Shown in pieces: positions 1 to 8,839 of a DNA stretch of 64,000 bases; position 1 is the first letter of the stretch; every line of letters begins with the position of its first letter. The notes under the pieces are model-generated. The model was not told where the DNA came from. It was given only the letters and a program-made list of their open reading frames with translations, and ran no database searches. Location: the IMG/VR virus record IMGVR_UViG_3300023184_003179, positions 1 through 64,000 of that record. One strand, given 5' to 3'. A program made the translations under genes and the position numbers. Source of the DNA: a virus.

Positions 1-23
1 AGGTTCAAGTCCTACCTGCTGTA
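1..23 (+). tRNA. 3' end of a tRNA truncated by the window edge (identity unknown)
   Basis: AGG-TTCAAGT-CCT T-arm followed by an acceptor-strand-like segment, directly before two complete tRNAs. Confidence 0.7.
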
Positions 24-27
24 CTAG

Positions 28-100
28 TGGTCTGTAACTCAATTGGTAGAGTGCCAAACTGTTAATTTGGAAGTTGCAGGATCGTGCCCTGCCAGACCAG
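28..100 (+). tRNA. tRNA-Asn(GTT)
   Basis: Acceptor TGGTCTG/CAGACCA; anticodon arm CCAAA-CT-GTT-AA-TTTGG; T arm GCAGG-ATCGTGC-CCTGC (atypical loop). Confidence 0.9.
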
Positions 101-104
101 CAAA

Positions 105-177
105 GCCTCTGTAGTTCAGTGGATAGAACAATGGACTTCTAAGCCATGTGTCGCAAGTTCAATTCTTGCCAGGGGTA
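105..177 (+). tRNA. tRNA-Arg(TCT)
   Basis: Acceptor GCCTCTG/CAGGGGT; anticodon loop CT-TCT-AA; T arm GCAAG-TTCAATT-CTTGC. Confidence 0.9.
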
Positions 178-182
178 CTATC

Positions 183-191
183 TGGTATCAT
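183..191 (+). promoter_or_regulatory. Extended -10 element (TGGTATCAT), probable leaderless start at 198
   Basis: TGn-TATCAT 6 nt upstream of ATG 198, no SD. Confidence 0.5.
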
Positions 192-197
192 AGATGT

Positions 198-299
198 ATG
201 TTTTGTAACTACTGTGGTGGCAGGTTAGTTAATGGTGATTGTAACAATTGTTTTAGCAATTCAAGTGCCCTGAGAGATTTTGAGGATGAAGATGACTAA
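198..299 (+). CDS. 33-aa zinc-ribbon-like peptide
   Basis: MFCNYCGGRLVNGDCNNCF: two CxxC motifs; the ORF-track N-terminal extension overlaps tRNAs. Confidence 0.55.
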   Translation: MFCNYCGGRLVNGDCNNCFSNSSALRDFEDEDD

Positions 300-519
300 C
301 TGGACAGAAGAACTTACAGAAAAACAAAAAGAACAGGTTTGGGACTTCATTGTTTTTACAGTAAAAGAAATTAGAGATCAAATTGCTGTAGATATTGAAG
401 GCACTTCAAAACTTTGGAAGGCTAAAGGATTAAATAAATCTCGTAGAACTCAAAAAGCATTTGAGATATCTGCTGCCATAGCAAGAGGCCAGAATGAGGT
501 TCAACTTGAAAAATCTTGA
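292..519 (+). CDS. Hypothetical protein
   Basis: ORF 280..519; likely start MTNWTEEL at 292. Confidence 0.65.
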   Translation: MTNWTEELTEKQKEQVWDFIVFTVKEIRDQIAVDIEGTSKLWKAKGLNKSRRTQKAFEISAAIARGQNEVQLEKS

Positions 520-670
520 AGATGGAATAAAATCAATACTTCTTGATATTGGACAGGATTTAAAAGTTCATAAACTAGATACGGACAATTATATTATTGA
601 TATAGAATATGACAAGTATACGATTAGAGTTATGGAATTATTTAAAGAATATTTAGAAGATAATGGCTAA
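494..670 (+). CDS. Hypothetical protein, 58 aa (not in ORF track)
   Basis: Manual translation MRFNLKNLEDGIKSILLDIGQDLKVHKLDTDNYIIDIEYDKYTIRVMELFKEYLEDNG; fills the gap and overlaps both neighbours. Confidence 0.6.
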   Translation: MRFNLKNLEDGIKSILLDIGQDLKVHKLDTDNYIIDIEYDKYTIRVMELFKEYLEDNG

Positions 671-1619
671 TATAGTTTTTCTTGGTAACTTTGAGGTATC
701 TTATAGTAGTGAGAATCATCATGCTAAGTCTTTAGAGTCTCTTGGACATACCGTTGAAAAATTGCAAGAAAAGAAAGCAACAAGCAAACAAATATTAAAA
801 AAAGCATTGCAGTCAAACCTATTTATATGGGTTCACACACATAGATGGAATACACCAGGATCAATTCTAATGGATGAAGTACTAAGACAATTAAACTCTG
901 CTGGTATTCCTACCATGACATACCATCTTGATTTATGGTTTGGAATTGAACGACAAAAAGATTTAGAGAATGATAACTTTTATAAAACAATTGGTCATTT
1001 CTTTACAGTTGATAAACTAATGGCTGATTGGTTTAATGAAAACACAAATGTAAAAGGACACTTTATTCCTGCTGGTGTTTATGATAAAGAATGTTATATA
1101 CATTCTGATTACGATGTTAATAATTTTGAAAATGATGTAATATTTGTTGGCAGCAGAGGCTATCATCATGAACATAAATATCGTCCAGAACTAATAGACT
1201 TTTTAAGAAAAACATATGGTAAAAGATTTCTTCATGTTGGTGGAGATGGGGATACTGGAACTGTTCGTGGAGATGCTTTAAATCGTATCTACGCAAAAAG
1301 CAAAGTAGCGATAGGAGATAGTTTAAATATTAACTTTAACTATCCTTACTACACTAGTGATAGGCTATTTGAAAGTACTGGTCGTGGTGGCTTTACCATT
1401 TACCCTCGTATTAAAGGTCTTGAAGAGTATTTTGAAGATAATAAAGAGATTATATTTTATGAGCATGGAAACTTTGATGATTTAAAAACAAAAATAGATC
1501 AATATCTTTTTGATGGAGTATCAAGAGAAAACATAAGAGTAAATGGGCATGAAAGAACAAAGAAAGAACATACCTATGTACACAGATGGGATGCAATAAT
1601 CAGAGAGTTGGGTATATAG
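663..1619 (+). CDS. Glycosyltransferase, GT-B fold (CgeB/YkvP-like)
   Basis: DVIFVGS, LNRIYAKSKVAIG, SDRLFE..GRGGF and HTYVHRW motifs. Confidence 0.8.
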   Translation: MANIVFLGNFEVSYSSENHHAKSLESLGHTVEKLQEKKATSKQILKKALQSNLFIWVHTHRWNTPGSILMDEVLRQLNSAGIPTMTYHLDLWFGIERQKDLENDNFYKTIGHFFTVDKLMADWFNENTNVKGHFIPAGVYDKECYIHSDYDVNNFENDVIFVGSRGYHHEHKYRPELIDFLRKTYGKRFLHVGGDGDTGTVRGDALNRIYAKSKVAIGDSLNINFNYPYYTSDRLFESTGRGGFTIYPRIKGLEEYFEDNKEIIFYEHGNFDDLKTKIDQYLFDGVSRENIRVNGHERTKKEHTYVHRWDAIIRELGI

Positions 1620-2548
1620 TGAAAAGCATAGCAATTACTGGAGCAACTGGACTGCTTGGTTCTCATTTATCAAACCATTATCTTTCTTTGGGCTGGGATG
1701 TTTTTGTATTATTAAAGGATGAGCATAGCCGTACAGAACTTTCTAAAGATGTAAACAAGGTATATGGAAGTATTAATAATAAAATAGACATTGATTTCTT
1801 TATAGAAAAGTCAAGACCAGATTATTTTATTCATCTTGCAGCACAAACACAAGCATATGATTCAATCAAGTACCCATACAGTACTTTTTATACAAATGTA
1901 ATTGGCACACTAAATGTTCTTGAATCATTAAGAGAGTATAAAAAATGTAAATCAATTATCGTTGCATCTAGCGATAAAGCCTATGGTGAATTAACTAAAG
2001 ATGAATACTTTGAAGATCATATTTTAAATGGAGTTTATCCATATGATGCCTCTAAATCAATCACAGATATCATTTGTAACTCCTACAGAAATACTTACGA
2101 TATGCCTGTTATAACTACTCGTGCATGCAACATTTATGGAACTGGTGATAACAATGTTCAACGATTGATCCCTGGAATTGTAAGGGCATATAAAAACGAC
2201 GTATTATTTACCATAAGAAATGCTGGTAGAGATATTAGAGAGTATATAAATGTTAAAGATGTTGTGTCAGCATACTCCAACATACTTACATACGGAGAAA
2301 CAATTAATAACATTCCATCATTTAATATATCTTCTGGCGAAAGATATTCAACTCTTGAAGTATTTAACATTGTGCAAGACGTAATTGGTAAAAAAGTTAG
2401 ACATGAGATAGTTGCAAGTGATGGATTTGAAATTAAAAAACAATTTATGAATTCATCCTTACTACAAGAAAAAACTGGGTGGAAGTCAGAACATACTATG
2501 AAAGATACAATGAAAGAAATAGTTGATTTTTACATGGAGAACAAATGA
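1619..2548 (+). CDS. NAD-dependent NDP-sugar dehydratase/epimerase (CDP-glucose 4,6-dehydratase-like)
   Basis: ITGATGLLG, HLAAQ, ASSDKAYG, YxxSK (YDASK), RACNIYGTGD; likely GTG start at 1619. Confidence 0.85.
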   Translation: MKSIAITGATGLLGSHLSNHYLSLGWDVFVLLKDEHSRTELSKDVNKVYGSINNKIDIDFFIEKSRPDYFIHLAAQTQAYDSIKYPYSTFYTNVIGTLNVLESLREYKKCKSIIVASSDKAYGELTKDEYFEDHILNGVYPYDASKSITDIICNSYRNTYDMPVITTRACNIYGTGDNNVQRLIPGIVRAYKNDVLFTIRNAGRDIREYINVKDVVSAYSNILTYGETINNIPSFNISSGERYSTLEVFNIVQDVIGKKVRHEIVASDGFEIKKQFMNSSLLQEKTGWKSEHTMKDTMKEIVDFYMENK

Positions 2549-3054
2549 ATATAAACTTTGGATGTGGAAGCATTCAGCCACCTGATTGGATTAATATAGA
2601 TCTTGATCCAGAATATAAAACAGAACATAAAAACTTACATCTCATTACAGATGCATCAGCAGACATAATTGTTTCCCATGCAACAATTTGTTCAATACGG
2701 TATCATGAAATTAAAGCAACTTTATTAGAATTTTATAGAGTTTTAAAACCTAATGGAATACTTAGAATTAGTCTGCCAGATATTATTTCTGGATTTGATG
2801 CATATAAAAATAACAACATGAACTTTTTTCCTAACTCTGAGCATAATTTAGATAGACGTTTTTCTTCTTGGTTAACTTGGTATTCAACATCAGTATCATT
2901 ATTAACTGAAAAAGCATTAGAATATAAACTAAGTGATAGTGGATTTAAAAATATAACAAAAACACAATACAAACAAACCACATTTTCAAATAATAAATCT
3001 TATGAACTTGATACAAGAGAACATGAATTTTATTTTATTGAGGCAACCAAATGA
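2545..3054 (+). CDS. Class I SAM-dependent methyltransferase-like protein
   Basis: NFGCG..WINIDL, EFYRVLKPNGILRISLPD. Confidence 0.75.
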   Translation: MNINFGCGSIQPPDWINIDLDPEYKTEHKNLHLITDASADIIVSHATICSIRYHEIKATLLEFYRVLKPNGILRISLPDIISGFDAYKNNNMNFFPNSEHNLDRRFSSWLTWYSTSVSLLTEKALEYKLSDSGFKNITKTQYKQTTFSNNKSYELDTREHEFYFIEATK

Positions 3055-3758
3055 CAGGAATGATTAAGGCAACACTTAATGGTGAATTTGAAATGTTTCT
3101 TCCAAAGCATCGTGCAGACAGACCAGATTGGTATGAACCTGATGGATGGGAAAAACCTAGACTAAAATCAATGCATAATAATATTACCAATGGCGATGTT
3201 GTTTATTATGTTGGTGCAGAAGAAGGAGAGTTTCCAGCACTTTGTCAAATGTGGGGAGCAGAAGTAGTTTTATTTGAACCAAACCCCAAAGTATGGTCAC
3301 ATTTTCCTGCAACTTGGACTGCAAATAATTTAGAACTTCCATTAGTTTGTATTCCTGGATTTGCTTCTGATAAAATAAACAGCCTTGCACGTATTTATTA
3401 TAATGAATGGCCACCAGAAGTTGATAATGAACTTATAGCAGCACATGGATTTAAAGAGTTATATCTTGAAGGTGATTCATATGGTCAAATTACTATAGAT
3501 TCATGTGTATATGATCACGGGATTAAACCACCTACCGCAATTTCTTTAGATGTAGAAGGTAGTGAATGGCGAGTCTTAGGAGGGGCTGAGAAGGTTCTTA
3601 AAGAGTATAAGCCTAAGATATGGCTATCTGGACATCCTGAATTTATGTTGCAACAATGGAATGAATCTTTATATAATCTTAGACAATGGATAAAAGAATT
3701 GGGTTACAAAGAAGTATTACTTGACTATCAACATGAGGTTCATTTATTTTATGAATAG
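3051..3758 (+). CDS. FkbM-family methyltransferase
   Basis: VYYVGAEEG, VLFEPNP, ITIDS, SLDVEGSE. Confidence 0.8.
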   Translation: MTGMIKATLNGEFEMFLPKHRADRPDWYEPDGWEKPRLKSMHNNITNGDVVYYVGAEEGEFPALCQMWGAEVVLFEPNPKVWSHFPATWTANNLELPLVCIPGFASDKINSLARIYYNEWPPEVDNELIAAHGFKELYLEGDSYGQITIDSCVYDHGIKPPTAISLDVEGSEWRVLGGAEKVLKEYKPKIWLSGHPEFMLQQWNESLYNLRQWIKELGYKEVLLDYQHEVHLFYE

Positions 3759-4368
3759 TCTTATTTTTTCTCCACACACAGACGATGCAATTTTTTCTTT
3801 AGGCGATCATATCATTGATAATGATCATAATTTTACTATTGCATCCGCATTTGCTGGGATACCAACAGATGATGTTGGATATAAAAAACACACTACGTTG
3901 AGACAGGAACATTCTGAAGCCTGTTCTATGATTAATGCTAAAGTTATTAATGGAGACTTATTAGATGATGTTTATGGAAAACAGAATGAAGATGATTTAA
4001 CTAATTGGATAAAAAATACTATAATAAATTTTGACAATGTATATATTCCATTGGGAATTCATCATCCAGATCATGTTTTTTTATCAGATATTTTATTCAA
4101 TTTAATGAAAGATTTTAATAAAACATATTTTGTTTATGCTGAGTTACCATATAGATTATTATATCCAGAATTACATAGAACAAGATTAAGAATCTTTGAA
4201 TCAAACCATATTTTAGAAAATGTTAGTATTAACTTTACACAACATAAAATTAATGCAATAAAAAAATATAACTCACAGATAACATACGCACAAAATCCAT
4301 CATACATAGATGAAGATTTAATTGGTAAACTTGTTGTAGAAGAAAAACTTTGGAGAGTAGTAAATTGA
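3751..4368 (+). CDS. PIG-L/LmbE-family N-deacetylase
   Basis: SPHTDDA, RQEH, GIHHPDH, YAELPY, YNSQ; likely start at 3751. Confidence 0.8.
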   Translation: MNSLIFSPHTDDAIFSLGDHIIDNDHNFTIASAFAGIPTDDVGYKKHTTLRQEHSEACSMINAKVINGDLLDDVYGKQNEDDLTNWIKNTIINFDNVYIPLGIHHPDHVFLSDILFNLMKDFNKTYFVYAELPYRLLYPELHRTRLRIFESNHILENVSINFTQHKINAIKKYNSQITYAQNPSYIDEDLIGKLVVEEKLWRVVN

Positions 4369-5213
4369 TAAATGCATACTTATACTCTTTTAATGAAGAG
4401 GATTGTGCTGCTGATAAATGGGATTATGGTCTTCTCAAAGAAGTTTTTGATAAATATAATATAGATCAAATAAAAGTAACTTCTATTCCTAAAGTTGATC
4501 GTGGATTTGTTGTTGTTCCTGGACCACAAAATCTTGGATACGAAGATAATGTTAACAAAGAAATACAAAACCTTTCTAGACTTGTGTTATTTATTACGGG
4601 GGATGAAGAAAGCAGATTTGATATAAGTAAGATTAACCATCCTAATGCTGAAATATGGGTTCAATATTTTAATGAAAGCAATAAACAATATAATAAATTG
4701 CCTATTGGAGTCCCCCAACATTTAAAACAATTTATTCCAGATTATCCTATTAAGAATTATGATTTATATTTTGGTGGTCAAATAACTCATTCAAGAAGAA
4801 AACAGTTGGCAAAGGCTATAGAGACAATGCCAAATACCCTTTATAAGCCTACAGCAGGCTTTGCACAGGGCGATCAGGCAATAGACTACTACCGCAACCT
4901 TGCTAGTGCTAGGATTGCTCCAGCACCATCTGGGGCAGTTACAATAGATTCCTTTAGATTTTTTGAGGCTATAGAAATGTTATGTTTACCAATAGGAGAT
5001 AGTGTTGATTCAAAAAATAGGAATATTGATTTTTATAATATTTTGTTTGAAGGAAATATACCAGTTAATTTTGTTTCTAATTGGGCTGATTTACGTTTTT
5101 TGGTTCCTGAACTATTAAATCAATACCCTCACAATATGCATAAGGTGGTATGCTGGTGGATAAAGTATAAGCGAGATCTTGGAATAAAACTAATGAGGCA
5201 AATTAATGAATAA
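4365..5213 (+). CDS. Exostosin-like (GT47-like) glycosyltransferase
   Basis: YFGGQ..RRK, YYRNLASARIAPAPSG, SFRFFEAIEMLCLPI; likely TTG start overlapping the upstream stop. Confidence 0.6.
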   Translation: MINAYLYSFNEEDCAADKWDYGLLKEVFDKYNIDQIKVTSIPKVDRGFVVVPGPQNLGYEDNVNKEIQNLSRLVLFITGDEESRFDISKINHPNAEIWVQYFNESNKQYNKLPIGVPQHLKQFIPDYPIKNYDLYFGGQITHSRRKQLAKAIETMPNTLYKPTAGFAQGDQAIDYYRNLASARIAPAPSGAVTIDSFRFFEAIEMLCLPIGDSVDSKNRNIDFYNILFEGNIPVNFVSNWADLRFLVPELLNQYPHNMHKVVCWWIKYKRDLGIKLMRQINE

Positions 5214-5967
5214 AAATGATGTAACAATTATTTTAGCAACATCTGTTTTACCAAGTCACCCAGACACAAAAATTATTGATGAAACTATTAAATCTATTAG
5301 GTTTCATTTTCCAAAAAATGAAATCATAATGCAAATTGATGGATTACGAAGAGAACAAATGGATCGTGAAATAGATTACAATGAATATAAAAATAAAATT
5401 CTTTGGAAATGTATGCATGAATATCAGAACATACTTCCAATAATATTTGATAAGCATAGTCATCAAAGCACAATGATGCGTAAGACTATTGATGATATTC
5501 AAACATCTGTTTTGCTTTATGTTGAAGGTGATGCCCCACTAACTACAGATGTAGAGATTGATTGGCAAAAATGTTTTGATATGCTTGGATATGAAAAAGC
5601 AAATACAATTCGTTTTCACCATGAATCTTTTATACCAGAGCCACACAATCATTTAATGTTTGGCTTTGATGATTGTTTTATTAGAACGTCTCAGTGGAGT
5701 CAAAGACCACACCTTAGCAAGGTTTCATATTATAGAGAAGTAATACTTCCACCACTTGAAGATAAAGTATTTATTGAAGATACAACTCATGGAAGAATTC
5801 AAGATGAAATTTCTCCATATAATAATTTTAACAAAGAGGGTTGGGATAAACATAAATTATGGATATACCATCCAGAAGGAAACATTAAAAGATCTTATCA
5901 TTTAGATGGTCGTGAAAATGGAAGAAAGTTTACATCAGATGATGATGTTTGGTTTAATAAAAAATGA
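5206..5967 (+). CDS. GT-A fold glycosyltransferase-like protein
   Basis: N-terminal VTIIL strand, LYVEGD acidic motif, WSQRPH, HLDG; operon context. Confidence 0.55.
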   Translation: MNKNDVTIILATSVLPSHPDTKIIDETIKSIRFHFPKNEIIMQIDGLRREQMDREIDYNEYKNKILWKCMHEYQNILPIIFDKHSHQSTMMRKTIDDIQTSVLLYVEGDAPLTTDVEIDWQKCFDMLGYEKANTIRFHHESFIPEPHNHLMFGFDDCFIRTSQWSQRPHLSKVSYYREVILPPLEDKVFIEDTTHGRIQDEISPYNNFNKEGWDKHKLWIYHPEGNIKRSYHLDGRENGRKFTSDDDVWFNKK

Positions 5968-7001
5968 GACTAGGAATTATTGCTAGATCAGATAACACTG
6001 GACTTGGAAATCAAACAAAAGAACTTGTTGATATGCTAAAGCCAGATAAAATATTACTAATAGATTCAACACCATTTAATAAAAATAAACAGCACCCAGA
6101 ATGGTACAGCGAATATAACTGTATTAGATCAACTGGATTTCCAACCTTACAACAAATAAAACTATTTCTTGCTGATATTGATGTTGTTATTAGTTGTGAA
6201 ACATTTTATGATCAAAACTTTATAAAATATGCAAAAAAATATGGTGTAAAAACTATACTTCAATACAATTATGAACTTTTTGCAAATCTAGCAGCACCAA
6301 ACCTTGCACTACCAGATGTTCTTTTATCTCCAAGCGTTTGGCATATTGATCATGTTAAAAAACTTTTTCGCAACCAAACTAAAGTTATACATTTGCCACC
6401 ACCAACCAATTCTTTAACTTTTTCTAACGCTAAAGAAATAAACATGTCAAAATCGCATAGCAGACTTTTGCATATTGCTGGTAAAAAAGCAGCAAAAGAT
6501 AGAAATGGAACTAATAGTGTTCTTGAAATGCTTAAATATTCTAAAGCAGATTATGAATTAGTTATTAGAAGCCAGAGTGAAATAGAAACAAATATTAAAG
6601 ATTCAAGGCTTACGATAGAGATAGACAACATAAAGGATAGAGAAGATATGTATAGTGGATTTGATGCTATGGTTCTTCCTAGACGATATGCTGGTCTTTG
6701 TTTACCTATGAATGAGGCTCTTATGAGTGCCCTGCCAGTTTTTATGACTGACATATCTCCTAATAACGCAATCCTGCCAAAAGAATGGTTAGTTAAATCT
6801 CATTCTTTGGGTACTTTTAGAACAAAGGCTAGAATTGAATTATTTGAAGCAGATATAAAAACTTTTGCAATGACTATTGATGATTACTTTATTAATCAAG
6901 ATAAGAATATAAATAAACAAAATGCATTTAATATAGGATATACAAACTTTGCACCAGAAAATTTAAACAATAGTTATTTAGATATTATTTCTCATATTTA
7001 G
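5964..7001 (+). CDS. Glycosyltransferase, GT4-like
   Basis: TGLGNQ start; YSGFDAMVLPRRYAGLCLPMNEALMSALPV nucleotide-sugar binding region. Confidence 0.8.
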   Translation: MRLGIIARSDNTGLGNQTKELVDMLKPDKILLIDSTPFNKNKQHPEWYSEYNCIRSTGFPTLQQIKLFLADIDVVISCETFYDQNFIKYAKKYGVKTILQYNYELFANLAAPNLALPDVLLSPSVWHIDHVKKLFRNQTKVIHLPPPTNSLTFSNAKEINMSKSHSRLLHIAGKKAAKDRNGTNSVLEMLKYSKADYELVIRSQSEIETNIKDSRLTIEIDNIKDREDMYSGFDAMVLPRRYAGLCLPMNEALMSALPVFMTDISPNNAILPKEWLVKSHSLGTFRTKARIELFEADIKTFAMTIDDYFINQDKNINKQNAFNIGYTNFAPENLNNSYLDIISHI

Positions 7002-7677
7002 TTTTTTTAATAAATTTTTCTTTAAGTATATTATTTAATATTATATCAAATGAATTATCAGCACTTGATAAATACACATGTTCATCTTTATTTATGTTAT
7101 ATGATTTTAAAACTAATGGACCTTTGCTGTAAACCTTTACATCTTCCATTTGCTCTCCACCTACAGCAAATACATTTCCGTATATAGATCTCCACAAAAA
7201 TGAATCATTGTCTTCAAGCGTTTGCTTTAATTTTTTCTTTTCCATAACCATAGGTATATGTAGTTCATAGTCAAGTGGATTTTCAATGCCAAGTGATTTA
7301 ATTTTTTTATATGTAGATGCAAGTTTTCTAGTATAGTTTGAGTTTGAATTTATTTTTTGATATAAATTTATTTTATCTAAAAGCAAACCACCGTGATATG
7401 TTTTAATTGAATTAATATTTTTTATAATATAAAAGTCATCATTCATTAATATAAATTTTTCAGATATTTCGTTTGAGTTGCATATTGCACGAAGGTTTTG
7501 AATTGCATTCCTATACTTTGTTAATACTTGTCTAACATTTATATAGTTTCCAGCATACCAACTTGGCTTACCACCAACAATCCATATTTTTGAGTCTGGA
7601 AAACTTTCAACAACAGATCTAATTGAATACCTTAGTTCTTCATTGACTCCATCTTTACATATATAAACAAAATCCAT
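6985..7677 (-). CDS. Stealth-like sugar-1-phosphate transferase
   Basis: DFVY, EELRYSIRS, KPSW, FILMNDDFY, ELHIP match Stealth conserved regions. Confidence 0.6.
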   Translation of the reverse strand: MDFVYICKDGVNEELRYSIRSVVESFPDSKIWIVGGKPSWYAGNYINVRQVLTKYRNAIQNLRAICNSNEISEKFILMNDDFYIIKNINSIKTYHGGLLLDKINLYQKINSNSNYTRKLASTYKKIKSLGIENPLDYELHIPMVMEKKKLKQTLEDNDSFLWRSIYGNVFAVGGEQMEDVKVYSKGPLVLKSYNINKDEHVYLSSADNSFDIILNNILKEKFIKKTKYEK

Positions 7678-7690
7678 GTTTCCTCATTAT

Positions 7691-7739
7691 AAAAATTAAG
7701 AAAGGCGAACTTATTTTAAGTAAATTCGCCCTTCCTAAT
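7691..7739 (-). terminator. Intrinsic terminator
   Basis: Minus-strand stem AGGAAGGGCGAATTT/AAGTTCGCCTTTCTT followed by a T-rich tract. Confidence 0.7.
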
Positions 7740-7746
7740 TAACTAA

Positions 7747-8031
7747 CTACTTCTTTTTAGCAGCAGCCTTTTTCTTTTTTGGTGCACTCTTAACAGGCAC
7801 AATTTTACCAAGAGCATCTGAAATTGCTCCTGTATCTGGCAATACGCCAAAAGCCTTGTCATTAGGATTAAGTGCTCTCAATGCAACGGGTGCAAGGGCA
7901 GCAACTAATGCAGCCCAAAGATCTTTAGGATCTGTTACGCCAGCCATATAAAGTGCAATGACTGATCCAAGAACAGATCGTCCGTATGATGCAAGCATTG
8001 CCTTTGTTTTATCGTTTAGTATGTTATTCAT
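7747..8031 (-). CDS. Holin-like small membrane protein
   Basis: Start MNNILNDK after GGAGG; two hydrophobic segments; basic Lys/Ala tail. Confidence 0.55.
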   Translation of the reverse strand: MNNILNDKTKAMLASYGRSVLGSVIALYMAGVTDPKDLWAALVAALAPVALRALNPNDKAFGVLPDTGAISDALGKIVPVKSAPKKKKAAAKKK

Positions 8032-8039
8032 TATTCCTC

Positions 8040-8198
8040 CTAGGATATAATTCGTGTTATCGTTGTGAAGCCAATCCATAAACCAATAATTCCTGCGACT
8101 CCCGCAAAAACTGGTGGTGCTGGAACTGGCAATTTGAGTGCTGCGAACACGACACCGCACCCAAAACCTGTTAATATAGAAAAAAATATTTCTTTCAT
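8040..8198 (-). CDS. XapX/DUF1427-like small membrane protein, 52 aa (not in ORF track)
   Basis: MKEIFFSILTGFGCGVVFAALKLPVPAPPVFAGVAGIIGLWIG; P-x-PAPP between two helices. Confidence 0.75.
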   Translation of the reverse strand: MKEIFFSILTGFGCGVVFAALKLPVPAPPVFAGVAGIIGLWIGFTTITRIIS

Positions 8199-8201
8199 TT
8201 T

Positions 8202-8561
8202 TTAATCCTTTGTTATATTTTCTGGAAGTAATTCCATAAGTTTTTTTGAGTAATGATTAAGACCTTGATTTTTTAATTCTTCTGAAACTTCTTTAATTGT
8301 TTTTTGAGATGTTTCAATATATTCAAATGCCCAATCTCTTGAGTCAGATAAGAATTTTATAAAGTTTTCCTTATGTACTACATCGTCAGACTGAGTGTCA
8401 ATGTTTTTATTTTGAAGAATAATCTCTTTTAATCCTTCATTTTCAAGGAACAGTTTTGTAATAGCAAGATTACATTTTTTTAATTTATCAAATAAAGATA
8501 AATATGCAATTGCAAAAGATATTGACATTGTTGCAAAAAACATTAAAATACCAGTTCTCAT
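8202..8561 (-). CDS. Hypothetical protein with N-terminal TM helix
   Basis: ORF track; TACAAT 7 nt upstream of ATG. Confidence 0.7.
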   Translation of the reverse strand: MRTGILMFFATMSISFAIAYLSLFDKLKKCNLAITKLFLENEGLKEIILQNKNIDTQSDDVVHKENFIKFLSDSRDWAFEYIETSQKTIKEVSEELKNQGLNHYSKKLMELLPENITKD

Positions 8562-8591
8562 ACTATCTATTGTACTCTATTCTGTAAGGTA

Positions 8592-8723
8592 TTAAAAATC
8601 ATCTTCTTCAATATTAAATAAATCTAGTTCAGATAGTCTGCTCATTCTTGAAGCAAAAAACAAAGAAAATGCAATAATGCTTGAAATTATTGCTAATATT
8701 AATATTGTTATCTTTTTTTTCAT
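8592..8723 (-). CDS. 43-aa single-TM peptide (not in ORF track)
   Basis: MKKKITILILAIISSIIAFSLFFASRMSRLSELDLFNIEEDDF; ATGA coupling. Confidence 0.55.
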   Translation of the reverse strand: MKKKITILILAIISSIIAFSLFFASRMSRLSELDLFNIEEDDF

Positions 8724-8839
8724 TTTTCTATTGTTCCTCCACATCTTAAACATCCCATATAGGTTTTACCAGTAAATGGACAGGATCCAGCATCAAACAA
8801 GTTATGTTTTTTAATCTTACAAATAAGTAACTTAATCAT
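8720..8839 (-). CDS. 39-aa Cys/His peptide (not in ORF track)
   Basis: MIKLLICKIKKHNLFDAGSCPFTGKTYMGCLRCGGTIEK; overlaps both neighbours. Confidence 0.55.
   Translation of the reverse strand: MIKLLICKIKKHNLFDAGSCPFTGKTYMGCLRCGGTIEK

Noticed and set aside
84-197. N-terminal part of ORF 84..299
   Set aside because: Overlaps tRNA-Asn and tRNA-Arg; the plausible gene starts at ATG 198
8032-8160. N-terminal extension of ORF 7747..8160
   Set aside because: Occupied by the XapX-like gene in another frame; SD supports a start at 8031
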